A stretch of DNA of 64,000 nt from a virus. Positions 1-13,800 of the stretch are shown in pieces. Within the stretch, counting starts at the first letter, position 1. The number at the start of each line of letters is the position of its first letter. The stretch is from IMG/VR virus record IMGVR_UViG_3300028833_000004. One strand, 5' to 3'. The notes under the pieces are model-generated. The model was not told the origin of the DNA and ran no database searches. It saw only the letters and a program-made list of their open reading frames with translations. A program made the translations under genes and the position numbers.

Positions 1-1
1 A

Positions 2-112
2 GAACAAATTATAGAAAGATTGCTAGAAAATGATCAAATAACTGCTTCTGAAGCACTACAACTTTTACGAGATATAAGCAGTAATATCCATATATTATTC
101 CAAATCAAATAA
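2..112 (+). CDS. 3' end of a plus-strand ORF that starts before the window (...LLRDISSNIHILFQIK), function unknown; converges on the minus-strand late block
   Basis: Open in frame 2 from position 2 to TAA at 110-112, followed by the hairpin and T-run at 148-188. Only 36 codons are visible. Confidence 0.45.
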   Translation, partial: EQIIERLLENDQITASEALQLLRDISSNIHILFQIK

Positions 113-147
113 CCTATCCATATAATCAAATTATATATTAAATCAAT

Positions 148-188
148 AACCCCTATCGGAGAAATCCGATAGGGGTTATTTTTTTTTT
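148..188. terminator. Bidirectional rho-independent terminator at the convergent junction
   Basis: 13-bp perfect stem aacccctatcgga / tccgataggggtt with a gaaa loop, then a T-run on the plus strand. The same hairpin follows the TAA (187-189) of the last minus-strand gene. Confidence 0.8.
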
Positions 189-3100
189 AAACTAAATGAG
201 TATCTTTTATTATACTAAATAAATCATTTGAGAAATTTAATAAACTATATTCATCAGACTCAATGGTTTTGGCTGCATCCTAGAATGTTTTTTGTATAAA
301 ATCAGTTCCAATTATTCCAAATTGATCTACTGGTTTAATTAAAGATTCATAAATATTCAATTCCCTAGCTGTTCTATCAAATAAATCTACAGTTGTAGCA
401 ACCGTAGCATTTTTCTTCAAATCTGAAAAATTTTCCATAATTGCTGCTATAATTGCTGATACTATGGCTGCAAATAGTAAATTAAACAAAAATAATTTAG
501 TATTTTCCCATTGTTGTGGATTTTCTCTGATATGTTGAATATCTCCAGTAGCAACATCATGAATTGTTTTAGCTGTAGACACGGCTAAACCTTCAATCGG
601 GTTAGCTTTCCATTCAAGAACTGGTTCCAAAGCCTCTCCTGTCGTCGTGTCAATTCCATTTTCAGAAATACCATTTTCTCCAGCGACTACCTTTCTAGTC
701 AATTTAATTTTATCATCATATTTGTAATATAATTTCTTACCTGAAATTGGATCTTCTAAATGAACTGTAGAACCTACCGATGAATCTATACCAACAGCCA
801 GATATTTTCTTATTTCCGCAGGCATGAAAGTTAAGAAATTGGTATACATAGTCCACCACCAACCTTTCTACATGTTTGCACGTTCCTCATGTCCATAATA
901 ACCATATATTAAACCAATCTATTCTTTTATTGAATTCTACTCCTAGACAGTATAAGCTCTTGGTAGAGGATCGTAAATTGGGTTATTTGAGTCATCTGTA
1001 ACCTAACCAAATCTTAATTCCCCACCCTAGGCATTTTTCCAGCCTTCATGAGAAAATTGTTGCATTTTGACTGTGTATAAAGCTTTCTATTCAACCCATT
1101 TTTTATCTTTTGTAAGATTTTTATGTCTATTTTTCCAGAAATAATTTATACGTTCATCTTTTTCGATGTCATAGACCAATTTACCATCAACTTCAGAATG
1201 TGCATTAAATGTACCATCCGCCTTCATTTTTGCAATAAATATAATCATTCTATTAAACCAATCTGGTGCAACTACATTTAAATATAACATTCGAGATCCT
1301 AAATTATGTATACCCCATCTGTCAAAGGCTAATGTTTCACCGATTACATTTAAATCTCTATCGTTTATCTAATAAACATTATTTATTGCATCTATAAATC
1401 CAAAATCTCCGGCAGATTTACCTCCTAGAAGTTGTTTTGATTTTGTTAAAAAGCCCTCACCAAAAACTTCCTCTGCAGCACTTAGTAAATGTTCAAATGT
1501 TATCTTATAATCATTTCTTATCTAATTAGTTAAAACACTACTTATATTTCTAATCCTACCTAGGAGCATTTCTTTTATAAATAGTGCTGGTCTAACTGCT
1601 ATTTTTGTAAGACTCTACATACTTTTAACAAATCCAATTGTTTTTAGTAAATCCTCATCTTCACTCTCTGTTAATGATGCATTATAAATTGATACTTTAA
1701 TACGATTCTTTAAAGTTTCTCGCTAATTTTGCATGGATTGACCTGTAGCTAATTCTGCCAGATTAATAATTGCCATCTAATGATCTACAGTTTTTAAAAG
1801 CTTTGTAAAATATATTTCCTTTATATCTGCAACTGCATATGACAGAGTTAATTTATTTAAATTAATTTCCCATTCAATTGGATTAGTTGAATTTACTCTA
1901 CTAGATCTATTTTTTGCACTTTCTTTATAATAATTAATATATTTTAATTTTTTAATATTTTCCTCACGTTCCTAAGCCTACTATTCATTTAATAAATTTG
2001 GCTCTAAATAATGTTTCCATTGAGAAACTTCTTTATGAATTGCTTCAGATAAACTTTTACCCTAAAATACAGATTGAATATTTTTAATAAATCCAACAGC
2101 TCCCTATCGTTCCTATAACGGTAACTCAAAATATTTACCATTATTTAAGAGAATATTCTTATAGGCTTCAAATCCATCAGACTTTTCTAACTCAGCATAA
2201 GACATTTTACGATATTTACTATTTAATTTTGTCATTCTATGTCGATTAAAAGACCAAAGAACTATTTTTAAATATTCACTCTATGCCGGAGTTAATCCTG
2301 AATTTTTATCATATGGATTTTTTAACATCATTGATGGATGTAAGCTTCCATCAGAAGAATGAATTAATAATGATTCATATGCGGATTCGTGATTACCCGT
2401 TAATGTACCTCGCAATGAAGTATCTTCATCTAAAAACTTTTTAGTAGCTAAATTTATTTCCTAAACTTCTTTTAAAAATTCAGCTTCTATCTATGCGGAT
2501 GCTACACTAAAAGCACCATCAAACTATCGCACAAGCTCATCAGGGCTTGCGTATGATACTGACGTATGTAATCCCTAAGCTATACCTGTAAGCATAAGTC
2601 CAGATTTATTAAATCTAGTTATATCACCAAATCTAAATAAATCAATGCCGGCCAAAATAGACTCATCAAATGTAAGACTCCTCATATGCATTGAATACAT
2701 TTCTTCCGGAGCCATATTTTTCATAGTTAACAATAACTGACTTATAGCAGCATATAATTTACCCATCTCTGAATTTTTATTATCATATTCAGATTGGTAG
2801 TCAGATTTTATATGATCTAGTAATTCTTCTAATTCATCTTCTGTTAACTATTTTCCGACATTTGCAGATAAAAAAGGATCCTATAAATATCTTATACTTG
2901 ATATATATAATAAATCAGCAACATGTTTACTTAATGTAACTACCGGATCAATAAAAATAATCTAATCTAGATCTTTCTCAACATCTTTAAAAATTTCAGC
3001 ATTTTCTACAACTTCTGGTTTATTATTGGCTTCATAAGATAATATCCTCATAGCTGTTAAAAATGGGGTAAAATTTTGAATAGTAGTATGTGATCCATTT

Positions 3101-4821
3101 ATCATTGAGATAGTTTTTATTGCAGATATTTTCGGCTACCCATCCTAAAATAATTCTCTATATTCAGCAATAGTTAATAATGTTTTTATTAAATATAAAT
3201 TTCCAACAGATGGATTTGGTAAATTTTTTGATTCTTTAAATTCACGTAAAACTGTTTGATCTTTTAATGCCGGGGTTATTAGACTAGATCTTGGATCTAT
3301 CATATAATTAAGCTATTTACTATCTGGAACAGGTACTATAAACTCATAAGAACCATCAGTATTTTTCATAGTTATAATACCCTAAGCCTCCAATGGTTCA
3401 AATTTAACATATTCCCATGAAGGACTCATATAGTGATATAATGTATAAGAGAATGCTGATGCCCAATCTTCATGTTTCTGTTTATTTAAAAAATTATTTA
3501 ATGCCTCTATATTCTTCGTTTTTAGAATCTCTATAACAGTTAATAATGAACCCTCAAATTTCTCTTTTATTGCTTTCTATTCTTGCTCTATTAACTCCTC
3601 TATAGTTCCTCTAACCTCTTCTTCGGAGTCTTTATTATATCCCACAAGAATATTATTATCTAATTTTTTCCAAGATACTACAGTATTCTCAGCACACACT
3701 GGATACCATTCACGATCATTATTAACAGAGTTTTCAATCTACTATTTAAGATATTCCTTGGTAGACTTCTCCAAAATACGTCCCGTGCATAATATATCCA
3801 CTCTGGTTTTTAGTTTTTCGTTATGCTTTTCAATTACTTCTTTTGGGAGAACTTTGCCGATTGTTGGAAATTTAGAATTTACAATTAATAGGGGGCCTTG
3901 TGAATTTTTTCCCAAACCTACTAATGGATCTTCAAAATCCTTAACTAAAATTTCCTATTTTTCATTATAAACAAAATTAACATTTCGAATCTAAATTCTT
4001 TCCAAAGGAACGTTGAAAGTCTTAGAAACCAATTTTCTATAAAGTTCTAGCTATAAATAGTGATTCTATAACGTCGGGACACTCATAGAAATATTTGAAC
4101 TTGTTTTAAAATCTAAAATAATCACATTTCCAGATTCTGTAAAAAAAATCCCATCGGCACGTCCCTACAATTTTGTATCTCCATCCTTTATCCAAAGAGG
4201 CACTTCACATTCTAAATTTCCTTCTCCAAAAGTGTCTACTAAAGTTCGTTTAAAATTTTTAATACTCTGCTCTACATTTTTTGCAAAAATTGTTGGATCT
4301 TTTGAATCGAAGTGGAGTAGAAAATCTCTCAAGTGAATATTAAATGCATCAGTCTCATCTCTAAACTATTTATTATCGACTAAGCTCTTCTAATAACTCT
4401 TGCAGAGTTCTATTAAATCATCTAAGGACTTTAAAGTCTTTTCCGAATTTCCATCAGAATACATCTAAATATATTTATGATATTTATCACCAAATAATCT
4501 TCTAAACTCTCTATAAAATTCCCTATTCTGTTTATTTACACCGTCTTCGGCAGAATCCTTGGAATAAAATTTCTACCCAAGACTAGTAACAGTATCAAAT
4601 CCTGTAAGAGTTGAACTATCATAAGTCCTTCTATTTTCATTAATATGGTTCTATATATTATTAAATTCTTCTGAATGGGTACTATAAAATGTAAGGTCTT
4701 GATTTAAAGCCTCAGAAAATCTTTCAGAAATTACTTTTCCCTGAATCTAACCTCTTAAGGCTTCTATTGTAGAAGCCTTAAGAGTTTCACCTTTATAATT
4801 TAATACATAAAAACAATTCAT
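187..4821 (-). CDS. Giant virion-block protein (1,544 aa with TAG as sense) with a RecB/Cas4-like PD-(D/E)xK nuclease motif set
   Basis: Every codon of the frame was inspected from ATG 4819-4821 (TAATG overlap with the upstream stop) to TAA 187-189. About 45 in-frame TAG and no TAA or TGA (hand count). Track ORFs 280-849, 1087-1290 and 2575-2766 are same-frame fragments. Motifs: GRADGIFF (D at 4153-4155), ILDFKT (4105-4113), [TAG]LELY (4039-4053). Confidence 0.8.
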
Positions 4822-7800
4822 TACTTACATTCCTTAGTTATTTGTTTAATTAACTCATCTTTTAGATATCTTGCCCTAATTTCCTGAATATCAGTATAAT
4901 ACCCCTGCTCATTTACAAAATTAACTCTGGCTTTTTGCATAAATGATGTTATTTTTTTATAATAAATGGCGTGGTTAATATCATAGGAACTTTGCGGAAT
5001 CTGAAGATTTAAGCCCTTAAATAATTCCCTAAATCCTAAATTAATAGTATTTAATAAGCCCTCTGAGGTTATTGTTTTTGATAAAGCTTCCTCAGACTTA
5101 ATATAATCTGATATTCGATTCTCTATCTCCACAACAATTTTTTCATCGAGATCTTCTTCTGGTAAAGTTTCTCCGAGTCCTTTATAAAACTTATTAATAA
5201 GTTCCCAATACACAGTCGGCTAATTGGCTCTAAGATTTGCCAACATTAAGTGTGTGAACTCATGTAAACCAAATTTTGCAACATATTGTTCAACACTCTC
5301 TGTATCTGGTTTTTTAGAAATATTAATAAAAATCTAACCATCCTAAACAGTTGCATTCCATCTCTCCTTTGGGCTATTTACTATTTTTACATTTGTATGA
5401 AACATTTTTGACAGATGCTCTAAAATTTCCTGCCCATATCCATAGTCTGTTTCATTTATTATAGTCAATGGTTCAGCAGTAATCTTTTCAGAATATTGTG
5501 AAGGTTCCCTGTAAAGCATTCCATTTAATAGATGTGTTTTTTCTATCTATAGTATTCCAGCAACATCTCCCTTAGAATTTATATATGAACATATTACATT
5601 ATCAGTTCCTACTTGTAAAATCTAGTAAGCAATGTATGCACGATCTCCAGATTTAGTTGTCCCGACCTTTGTTATAACATCTCCAGTTTTTAATGTTGTA
5701 TATTCTGTAACCTTTCCCACCTGATCTAATGAGTCTAAGTTAAATTCGTCATATTCATTTTTGCCATCGTAATAAACCTATGTTAGAGTATAAAACGTTT
5801 TTCTGCCTTTATCTGGTTTTATTATTGAAACTTTAGAATTTATAAAAGGTGCTGATTGAGCTAATTCCTGAATTTCATATTGTTTCTCAGATATTACTTG
5901 TTTAGGGATAATTTTATGGATAAATAAATCAGTGTCTTTTAATGCATTTTCCATAAATATTTCCCTAATGTTATTTATTGGAATTAATCGATCAGAAGTA
6001 GAAATTATAAACTAGTCATTTTGAACCTGTTTTATTGTCAGTTTCTGTCCATCATTTAATTCTATTGTATCTCCAAAAGTTAAATTGTTTAGAATTCTTA
6101 ATTGTATATCTTTTCCCATATCCTAAAAATTTTCAACATGTAAAGTTTTAGTTTTTGATGTTGCTATAGAATTCTCTGGAGAGATATATGCATCTACATC
6201 CTACTGTTTAGTTATTGGAAATATAGCAGTATTAACTTTCGGAGTATTAATAGATCTCAAAACCAGTATTGGAAGTATACCTTTTTCAGACTCATCATAT
6301 AAAATATCACTAACAACATATGTAACTCCTTTAAATGTAACGACATCATTAACTTTTAAATTAGTAATATTGATATGTTTTAGTTCATATTTTGTATAAT
6401 CTAGAGTTGTATCAAATTCGTTTAATTTATAACTTCTATTTAATCTTAATGTCTTGACCCTTTTAAATCCCTAATTCAAACCAAAGGTTAAATCAACTAA
6501 TGGATTATCTAAATTTTTAATATTTGTTATTTTTACATAAATACCCTACCCAGTTAAGTCTGAACCCATATAAATGTATCGTGTTCCATCCGAGTCTACT
6601 AATATATCTCCTTCCTTTGGTGCTATATCTGATTCTGCTTCTGAAACTTTCTTATAATAAATCTATTCATTAGTTAAAGCATTGGTATATAACTGTAAAT
6701 TTGTCCAAATTTTTGATTTTATATAATTAGTCTACTAATTATCATCTATAGATTTAATAAATGCCCTACATAGTTTAGATTTTTTAATTTTTTCAGACTT
6801 ATTAAGTAAAGCTCTAATATTATCCTCAGTTATTCCTTCTGTTTCTGATACATAATTTAATATATAATTTAATTTATCAAAGTCTGTAGCAACCCTTCCA
6901 AGTTTACTAGATATATATAAGTGTAATAATGTAACTAATGTATCCTGTGATAATTTACCGTTCTTATCCATTCCAATCTATTTCTCATTAATTACAATAA
7001 TTGGTGCATTACCAATATACTCAATATGTGACAAAGTTTCACTTGATTTATCCAATCTTATTATGACTGGTTGCTTTTCTTCAATAAATTTAATTAAATC
7101 ATCTCCAAAAAGATTGTCTTCAACCTCTAAATTTTTAAACATCTCTGAAATTGAAATATCCTACAGAAAGGTTCCTGAGTTTTTTGTACCAGATAAAAGA
7201 CTTGCCCAATCACTCACTCTAGTTAGAATATGATTTCCTAAATCTGTTAGAGTTTTTTTCTCTATAAAAATAGGTCGACCATTAATTCTATCTTCATTAG
7301 TTTGATTAATTAAAACAGGATACTAGAATTTAGTAGTACTTTCCTTCGAAACTGCCGTTCCTGCAGTTTTTATAGTCACGTCAAGAATATACTACTAAGC
7401 AGTTTCAATTGATGCCCCTTCTCTAATATCAACATTTACAGTACTATATAGAGGGCTTATTGTTTTTATCCAGGCTTCTATCGACTCTTTATTAAATTCA
7501 ATATTTGCAGCAAATTCTTTCGGAGACATTGTTTGAATAAAAGACTTTTTTACTGAAGTTGTAACCCTTGTTTCCTTATCTGTATATGTTCCCTATTGAG
7601 CAAGTGCATTAGCGAAGGGTATTATATCAGCTCTCCAAGCGAGCATTTGCTTTACTGCTAAATTGCGCACTTCCATATTGGAACTTGCAGTTTTTTGAGC
7701 TACTTCATCTAAATATTCAAACTATTTATCTATATAATCTGTAATATTACTAAATCTCTTCATATTTTGATATATACAAGTTGTGCTTCCTTTTATATCA

Positions 7801-10800
7801 TTTCTTGAAGTAATAACATTATATAAATAAAAAAGTTCACCAATCGTTAAAGGTTTGCCTATAACACTATGTAATCCAGATGGAATCTGTGCTATCTAAT
7901 CAAATCCTTCGGAAACCATATTTATACTAAAAGCAGTAGCTTGATCTTCTTTTGCTAAGAATGCATCTAAGGTTATATCGTAATAAGGTAATTCAGTTAT
8001 ATAATCTTTTACAACCTGTAATCTCTATACAAATGCATTATCTTTATATTTTTTAATAATGCTTGGAATAAAGGCATTATTCATAAAATCAATAAATCTA
8101 TCAACTTTAATAGAATCTGTAACACCAATAAATGCATCATCTACTAAATCTTGGTTCCAGTTTGGAAATAATTTAGAAATCTCAGATTTTTTAATGCTAT
8201 AATCACGCATCTCTTCTAATCCCTTTTGTATAAAATACTAGTCTATTAATCTAAGTAATTTATTAGAATAATTAACATAATCTTTAGTTCCATTAGGAAT
8301 TATTTGTGCGTATTCAATATTAGTCTCCCCATCATTATCTTTATCATCTTCAATATTAATATTTTCATCTAAATCTAAATCATCTAAAGAATGCTTATCT
8401 ATAATGGATCTAAGTAATGATGCTTTTCCAATAGTCTAACTAATCAATCTAACAGTTTTACTGATGCTTTCAAGCTATTTATTAAAATGTGGGCTAGTTA
8501 AAACCACTCTCATTACATTTACACCAGATTTCGTAAACTGATACTGATCTAGGGCATTTTTTCTATACTCAGAGTTATTTGGATCAAATAGTCTATCAAA
8601 ATTTAATGGCTCCTAACCATCTACCAATATATTTTTTCCAGGATTTCTACTTAAGTAATCTTTAGCAATATTACGTTGATTCTGTGTTGAAATATTTATA
8701 TTTTTAAATCTCTGAATTTTGCTTTTTGATAAACCTGTTAAAAATCCAGATAGTTCAGTATATTTACTTTTAACTCCCTAATTTACTTTGAAATAACTTG
8801 TTAAATCTCTAAGTTCAGATGCTAAATCACATACTTTTAATAGTGATCTATAAGTATTCTCATCAAATTCCTATGCGTGTTTTTGAATTAGTTTTTTAAT
8901 ATCATTAGTATCTAATTTTATCAAGGAAAATTTACTTGAGTCTAAATCTTTAGCAATGGTGTTCATTAAATTCACACATATATTAATAACATCGTCTATA
9001 TGCATTCCATAAGTAATCATTGCTAATGGTAATGATAATAATTCTGGACGCCCATTCATTTTTGCTAATGCTAACTCTTTAGCATTATCAGTTGCTAGAG
9101 ATATAAAAATACTCAATGTATCAGCAACATTTGGTTCAAAGGACCTTGAAAAATATAAAAACTTTTTAAAAGCCTCTTCTGAAATATCATCAGATTTAAT
9201 AACACCCATCTTTACAGCTGTTTCATAAACATCCATATAATGTGCACCCCTAGTTCCTAAAGCAGCCCACTATTTATTTTTAAACACCTATAATAGTGGA
9301 TGCTATGTTATTCCAAACACTCTTTTATAACTTTCATCAAAGGCTTCCCACGAAATTTTAGTATTAGCTAGAGTAAAGAAATGTTCATGAATATTCTTTG
9401 CCTCTCCTGTTTTCGCATCTATTACTGTAAAATTTAAATCTATATTAATCTAGTCTTCAGGTGAAATTCCATTCTGTTGCATATTATAAAATTGCTACAA
9501 AGCCCCGGCAGCCTTTATAGCATTTGCGGCAATACCAACATCCGTTTTTCCAACAGCATTTTCTCGCTAAATTTCAAATATTGTAAATGGATTTAAATCA
9601 TTATATTTCTTATTACCACCGGCATACTTTGTTATAACTTTAGTGACTGGTTTTGATTCCATAGGAACCTATGCAGCTTTTAAATTACGTAAATCAGACG
9701 CCGCTGAATATATGCCCTACATAATTCTATTCTTTTTAGCTGCTAAACCCTCATTCCAATTATTATATTTATTTAGGTTTTCAATTAAATCTGAAGGCTC
9801 TCCGATATAAAAAATATTTTTACTTTTATTTTCTTTATTATTTAAAAATTTAAGAATATTATCTACAATATCTAATTTAGTTACTGGATCGACTATTGAG
9901 AATATAAATTCAATATCCTAAATAGTTAAAGTGGGTTCTTTTAAAACTAGAGAAAGCTCATTCCCAATTTGGATATCTAGTGATGTTATTAATGGAAGTT
10001 TTCTCTTAATTTTATCCGTTAATATTTCAGAGGCTTTTAATTTATTCATATCAACCCCACCATCCTCAGCTATTTTTGAAATTGTTTTTCCTGACGGACA
10101 GGTTAACAATAAAGATCTCTAAATAGTCTCTGGAGATGAATAGTCTGTAAATGCATTTCCAGCAATTCTTCCTCTAGAATCCAACTCATACATCATAGTA
10201 TAAGCTTTATCTATATCATAGTCAGAACCCTGAAACCACATTTCCCATATATTCATATAACCATTATTTTCAGAAGTTTCTGTAAATGCAACCGTTTCAT
10301 TGGCCAAGAATGATTGAAATGCTTGCGATGGAATACGAGCAGATACAGTTTTTAATGAAGTATAAAAAGACTATTCTAATTCTTTAGTGAGTTTCTTAAT
10401 AGATCCATCAATATCTTTAAGATTAAAGGACTTATGATTTAAAAAAGAAGCGTTTCCATAATAAGCATTGATATCTTTAGACATCGGTGAAAGGAGCACT
10501 CCCATATTTACTTTACTAATTCCCTAAATAAAAATTTCTATTTTAAGTTTTGAATTATTATTAGGTCTACTAATAGAAACTTTTAAATCATCTGCCCTTC
10601 CCTATAATTTAATCCCCTCAATAACTCGACCATACTCATCTGTTATTGATACTGTTCCATCATTATTCTATATTGTATTTGAATTTATTAAATTATCTGA
10701 AATCTAATTAGCTGAAAAAATTATATCAATATTATCTAAAGCAACAGCTGATGCACCTTTGCCATAATTTTCTAAATTTATTGATGGATCTAATTTATAT

Positions 10801-13800
10801 CTTTTTGCAACAAGTTTTTCAAAATAGTCAGGGTGTGTTTTTATATATGACATAGACTGATCCACACCATATTGAGTTCTATTCTTAGGTAAAATTTCCT
10901 CACCACCCTTATATTTAATATTAGTAACAAAAATAGCTCCATATTTATTTATTGGGCCTGATATATTAGGTCTTCCATCTTTGAACCATTCTTTAAATCC
11001 TTTTAATGACTCAAAGTAGTATGGTGTATCATTCTTAAGTCCTCGGATATTAGCTCTTTGCCACATCTATAAGATTTTATCGTCTTTATTTTTAGCTAAT
11101 TCTTGTGTACTTTTTAATAACCAAAAGTTTCCACCATCCCAAGTAATCTAGGTGGTTTTTAATTCGCGTTTTTGATCATGAATTTTCCAAATTGGCTAAG
11201 TGTGACATAATTCAAATGCGACCTATAAATCTGCGGGTGTTTTGATTAAAATATCCCTAACACCATCAGAATATCTCTCACCAACTGTTAAATTAAAATT
11301 AAGTTCTGTAATTTCTTCACGTTTAAATAATTCACTATTTTTAAAGAATTCAGATATAATTTCATCCTATGTTAATGGTATGAGATACTCTTTTTGATGA
11401 TCTTTTATATATTCATTAGCAAGTTTTATTATGTCCGAATGAGTATAAACAACTCCATTAATATCTTCATAAACACCAATAATTCCATTTGCTGGGTTTT
11501 GAACGACCGCTACACCATTAAATCTCTATTTTAATGAATCCTAATTCAGTTTAGTAACTAAACTTGAAGTTGCTAAATAAAATAACTACTAATTACTATA
11601 AGGTAATGTAGTAAATTGCCCAGAGGTTTTGGCAAATTCTTCCATCTATTTAAGCAATGTTTGAACAATTAACTCTGCATTACTTGCCACCGAGTTTGTC
11701 TATAATTGCTTAAGGAGTTCCTTTGCCATGTATTTATGAAATTCTGAATGATCTGGTGTATCCCATTTTTTAATAAATTTAGAAAAACTATCTTCTATAA
11801 TGGATCCCAAAATTTCATACATATTTTGAACGAGCTCAGAATTTTCACCATTAAAAGCAATAGCTGTTATAACCTAAGTTAAAGCAGGGATTTCAGAATC
11901 TTCACCTTCATGTGAATAATCCTACTAAATTCCATATCTTGAAGTGTTTATTTTTGTTGTAACTAATGGAGAATTTGTTCCAAATATACTTTTACGTGTA
12001 TTTAGAACACCCTAAGACTCTTTAGAAGACTCCTCATCAACTAATTTCATAACCAGCTTAGGTTTAATTTCATCGCTGGTGTCATATTCACTAATTAAAT
12101 CTGCGACTATATCATGTGAATCATCTGAAAATTCATATCCACTATTGTCAGATCTTTTATAACATTCAGCTTTACCAAATGCTTTCCATAAATCATATAC
12201 AGTATTAATTTTAAAACCTTCTGATTCTAACTGTAATCCTAAAGTCTTAGCAACCGCAAGGTCTGGAACTAAAGAATTATCATCTGTATAAGTCCAGGAA
12301 AATTTTATAGTTCCATTTTCAGGATTAACCTAAGTTTCACTTAAATGGGCCATTCGGCCATTAAATGAGTAATAAATATCATAACCTAATTCAATCTTAT
12401 TTTCTTGCCCGGTCTTCCAATTTTCAAGAAATTCCTATGTTATTGGCGCATTATACATTTTACTCATCAATGCATATCCATCCATACCATTCCACTAATT
12501 TTCATTAGTAGATGCGGAAGTACTTCTAATCCATGCATTATTCATTTCATAGTCAGCACATTTTAATTGTGTGAATCCGCCTAAATATGGTTGTAGTGCA
12601 ATAATTTTCAGGGAGCTTGCAACATGCTTTCCAAATGTACTTCTCTCTTCATAATGTCTACACATTCTAGTAGAAAACACAGCACCGTCATGTGCCTTCA
12701 TGACATCAGAATTTCCAAAGAAATTCTGTACAGGCATTATATTATGCTCCATATGAGCAATTTTAATTTTATGTGGAAGCCCATATTTATTACCCCCCAT
12801 AAAAGGTTCATATGAAGCTGGGCCAGAGTTATAACGTTTTTTACTTTTATTAAGTCTAACCCCTTCTTCGTTCGATATGTCTTTCTAAGTTTCTGATGAA
12901 TACTCTTTTAACTCTTCAGATGAGTGAACTGATGAGCTTTTATCATGTATCCAAGCATGCTTTAATGATACCTATAAATCAGCCTCTCTAGTTAAATATT
13001 TCATATAGTAATATTTTTTTAAAAAGGCATCTCTAAGTGGCTTTAATTTTTCATTTAATTCTCCTGCAAACGGGCTTTCTAACTATAAAAATTCAGATAT
13101 TAATTTAAGGCTGTCTGTTTCAGATCCTTCTTTATAAGGTAAATCAAATAGTTGACATAATCTAGCCTATTCTTCTTCACTAAGGGTGCTTAAAAAATCT
13201 GTTGGAAGTATTTTACATACTTTAAAATTATTAAGATCTTTAATAAATTCATTATATCCCTCATCTAAGACAGAATTAAAATAATCCTAATTATCGGCCA
13301 TTCTAATTTGTTTATATAATGAATTATTAATACCAAGTCTGAATGAATTATCACCTAATTTATGAATTGAAAAATGAACTTCTCGTAAGATGTTGATATC
13401 AGAATCTGGATAATTTTTCTGAAAATTTCCTAATAATTCTGATAATTTTTCCTAAGCAGCATATTCAGATGTAAATTCCCCAAGACCTTCTAAGTATTTG
13501 CCTAATGCCAATATATTACCAAACTGTTGACCAAAGATTTCCCCAGCGTCCTAGCATATTTTTGATTCAACTGCTTTGTAATAACTTTTATGCTAGTTAT
13601 ACCCAATATTTTTATAATCCTCTTCAGAAAGATTATACATTGTTGTATACCCCTCATCTGATTTAACTAAGCATTTCATGTTCCAAACGCCTTTAGCAAT
13701 TCTTATTTTATCAGAGTATGCTTCAATCTAATTTAGAAATATATTTTGTTTAACTATAGATTGCAAAAAGTCGCAGTACATACTAATTCCAGCCTAATCT

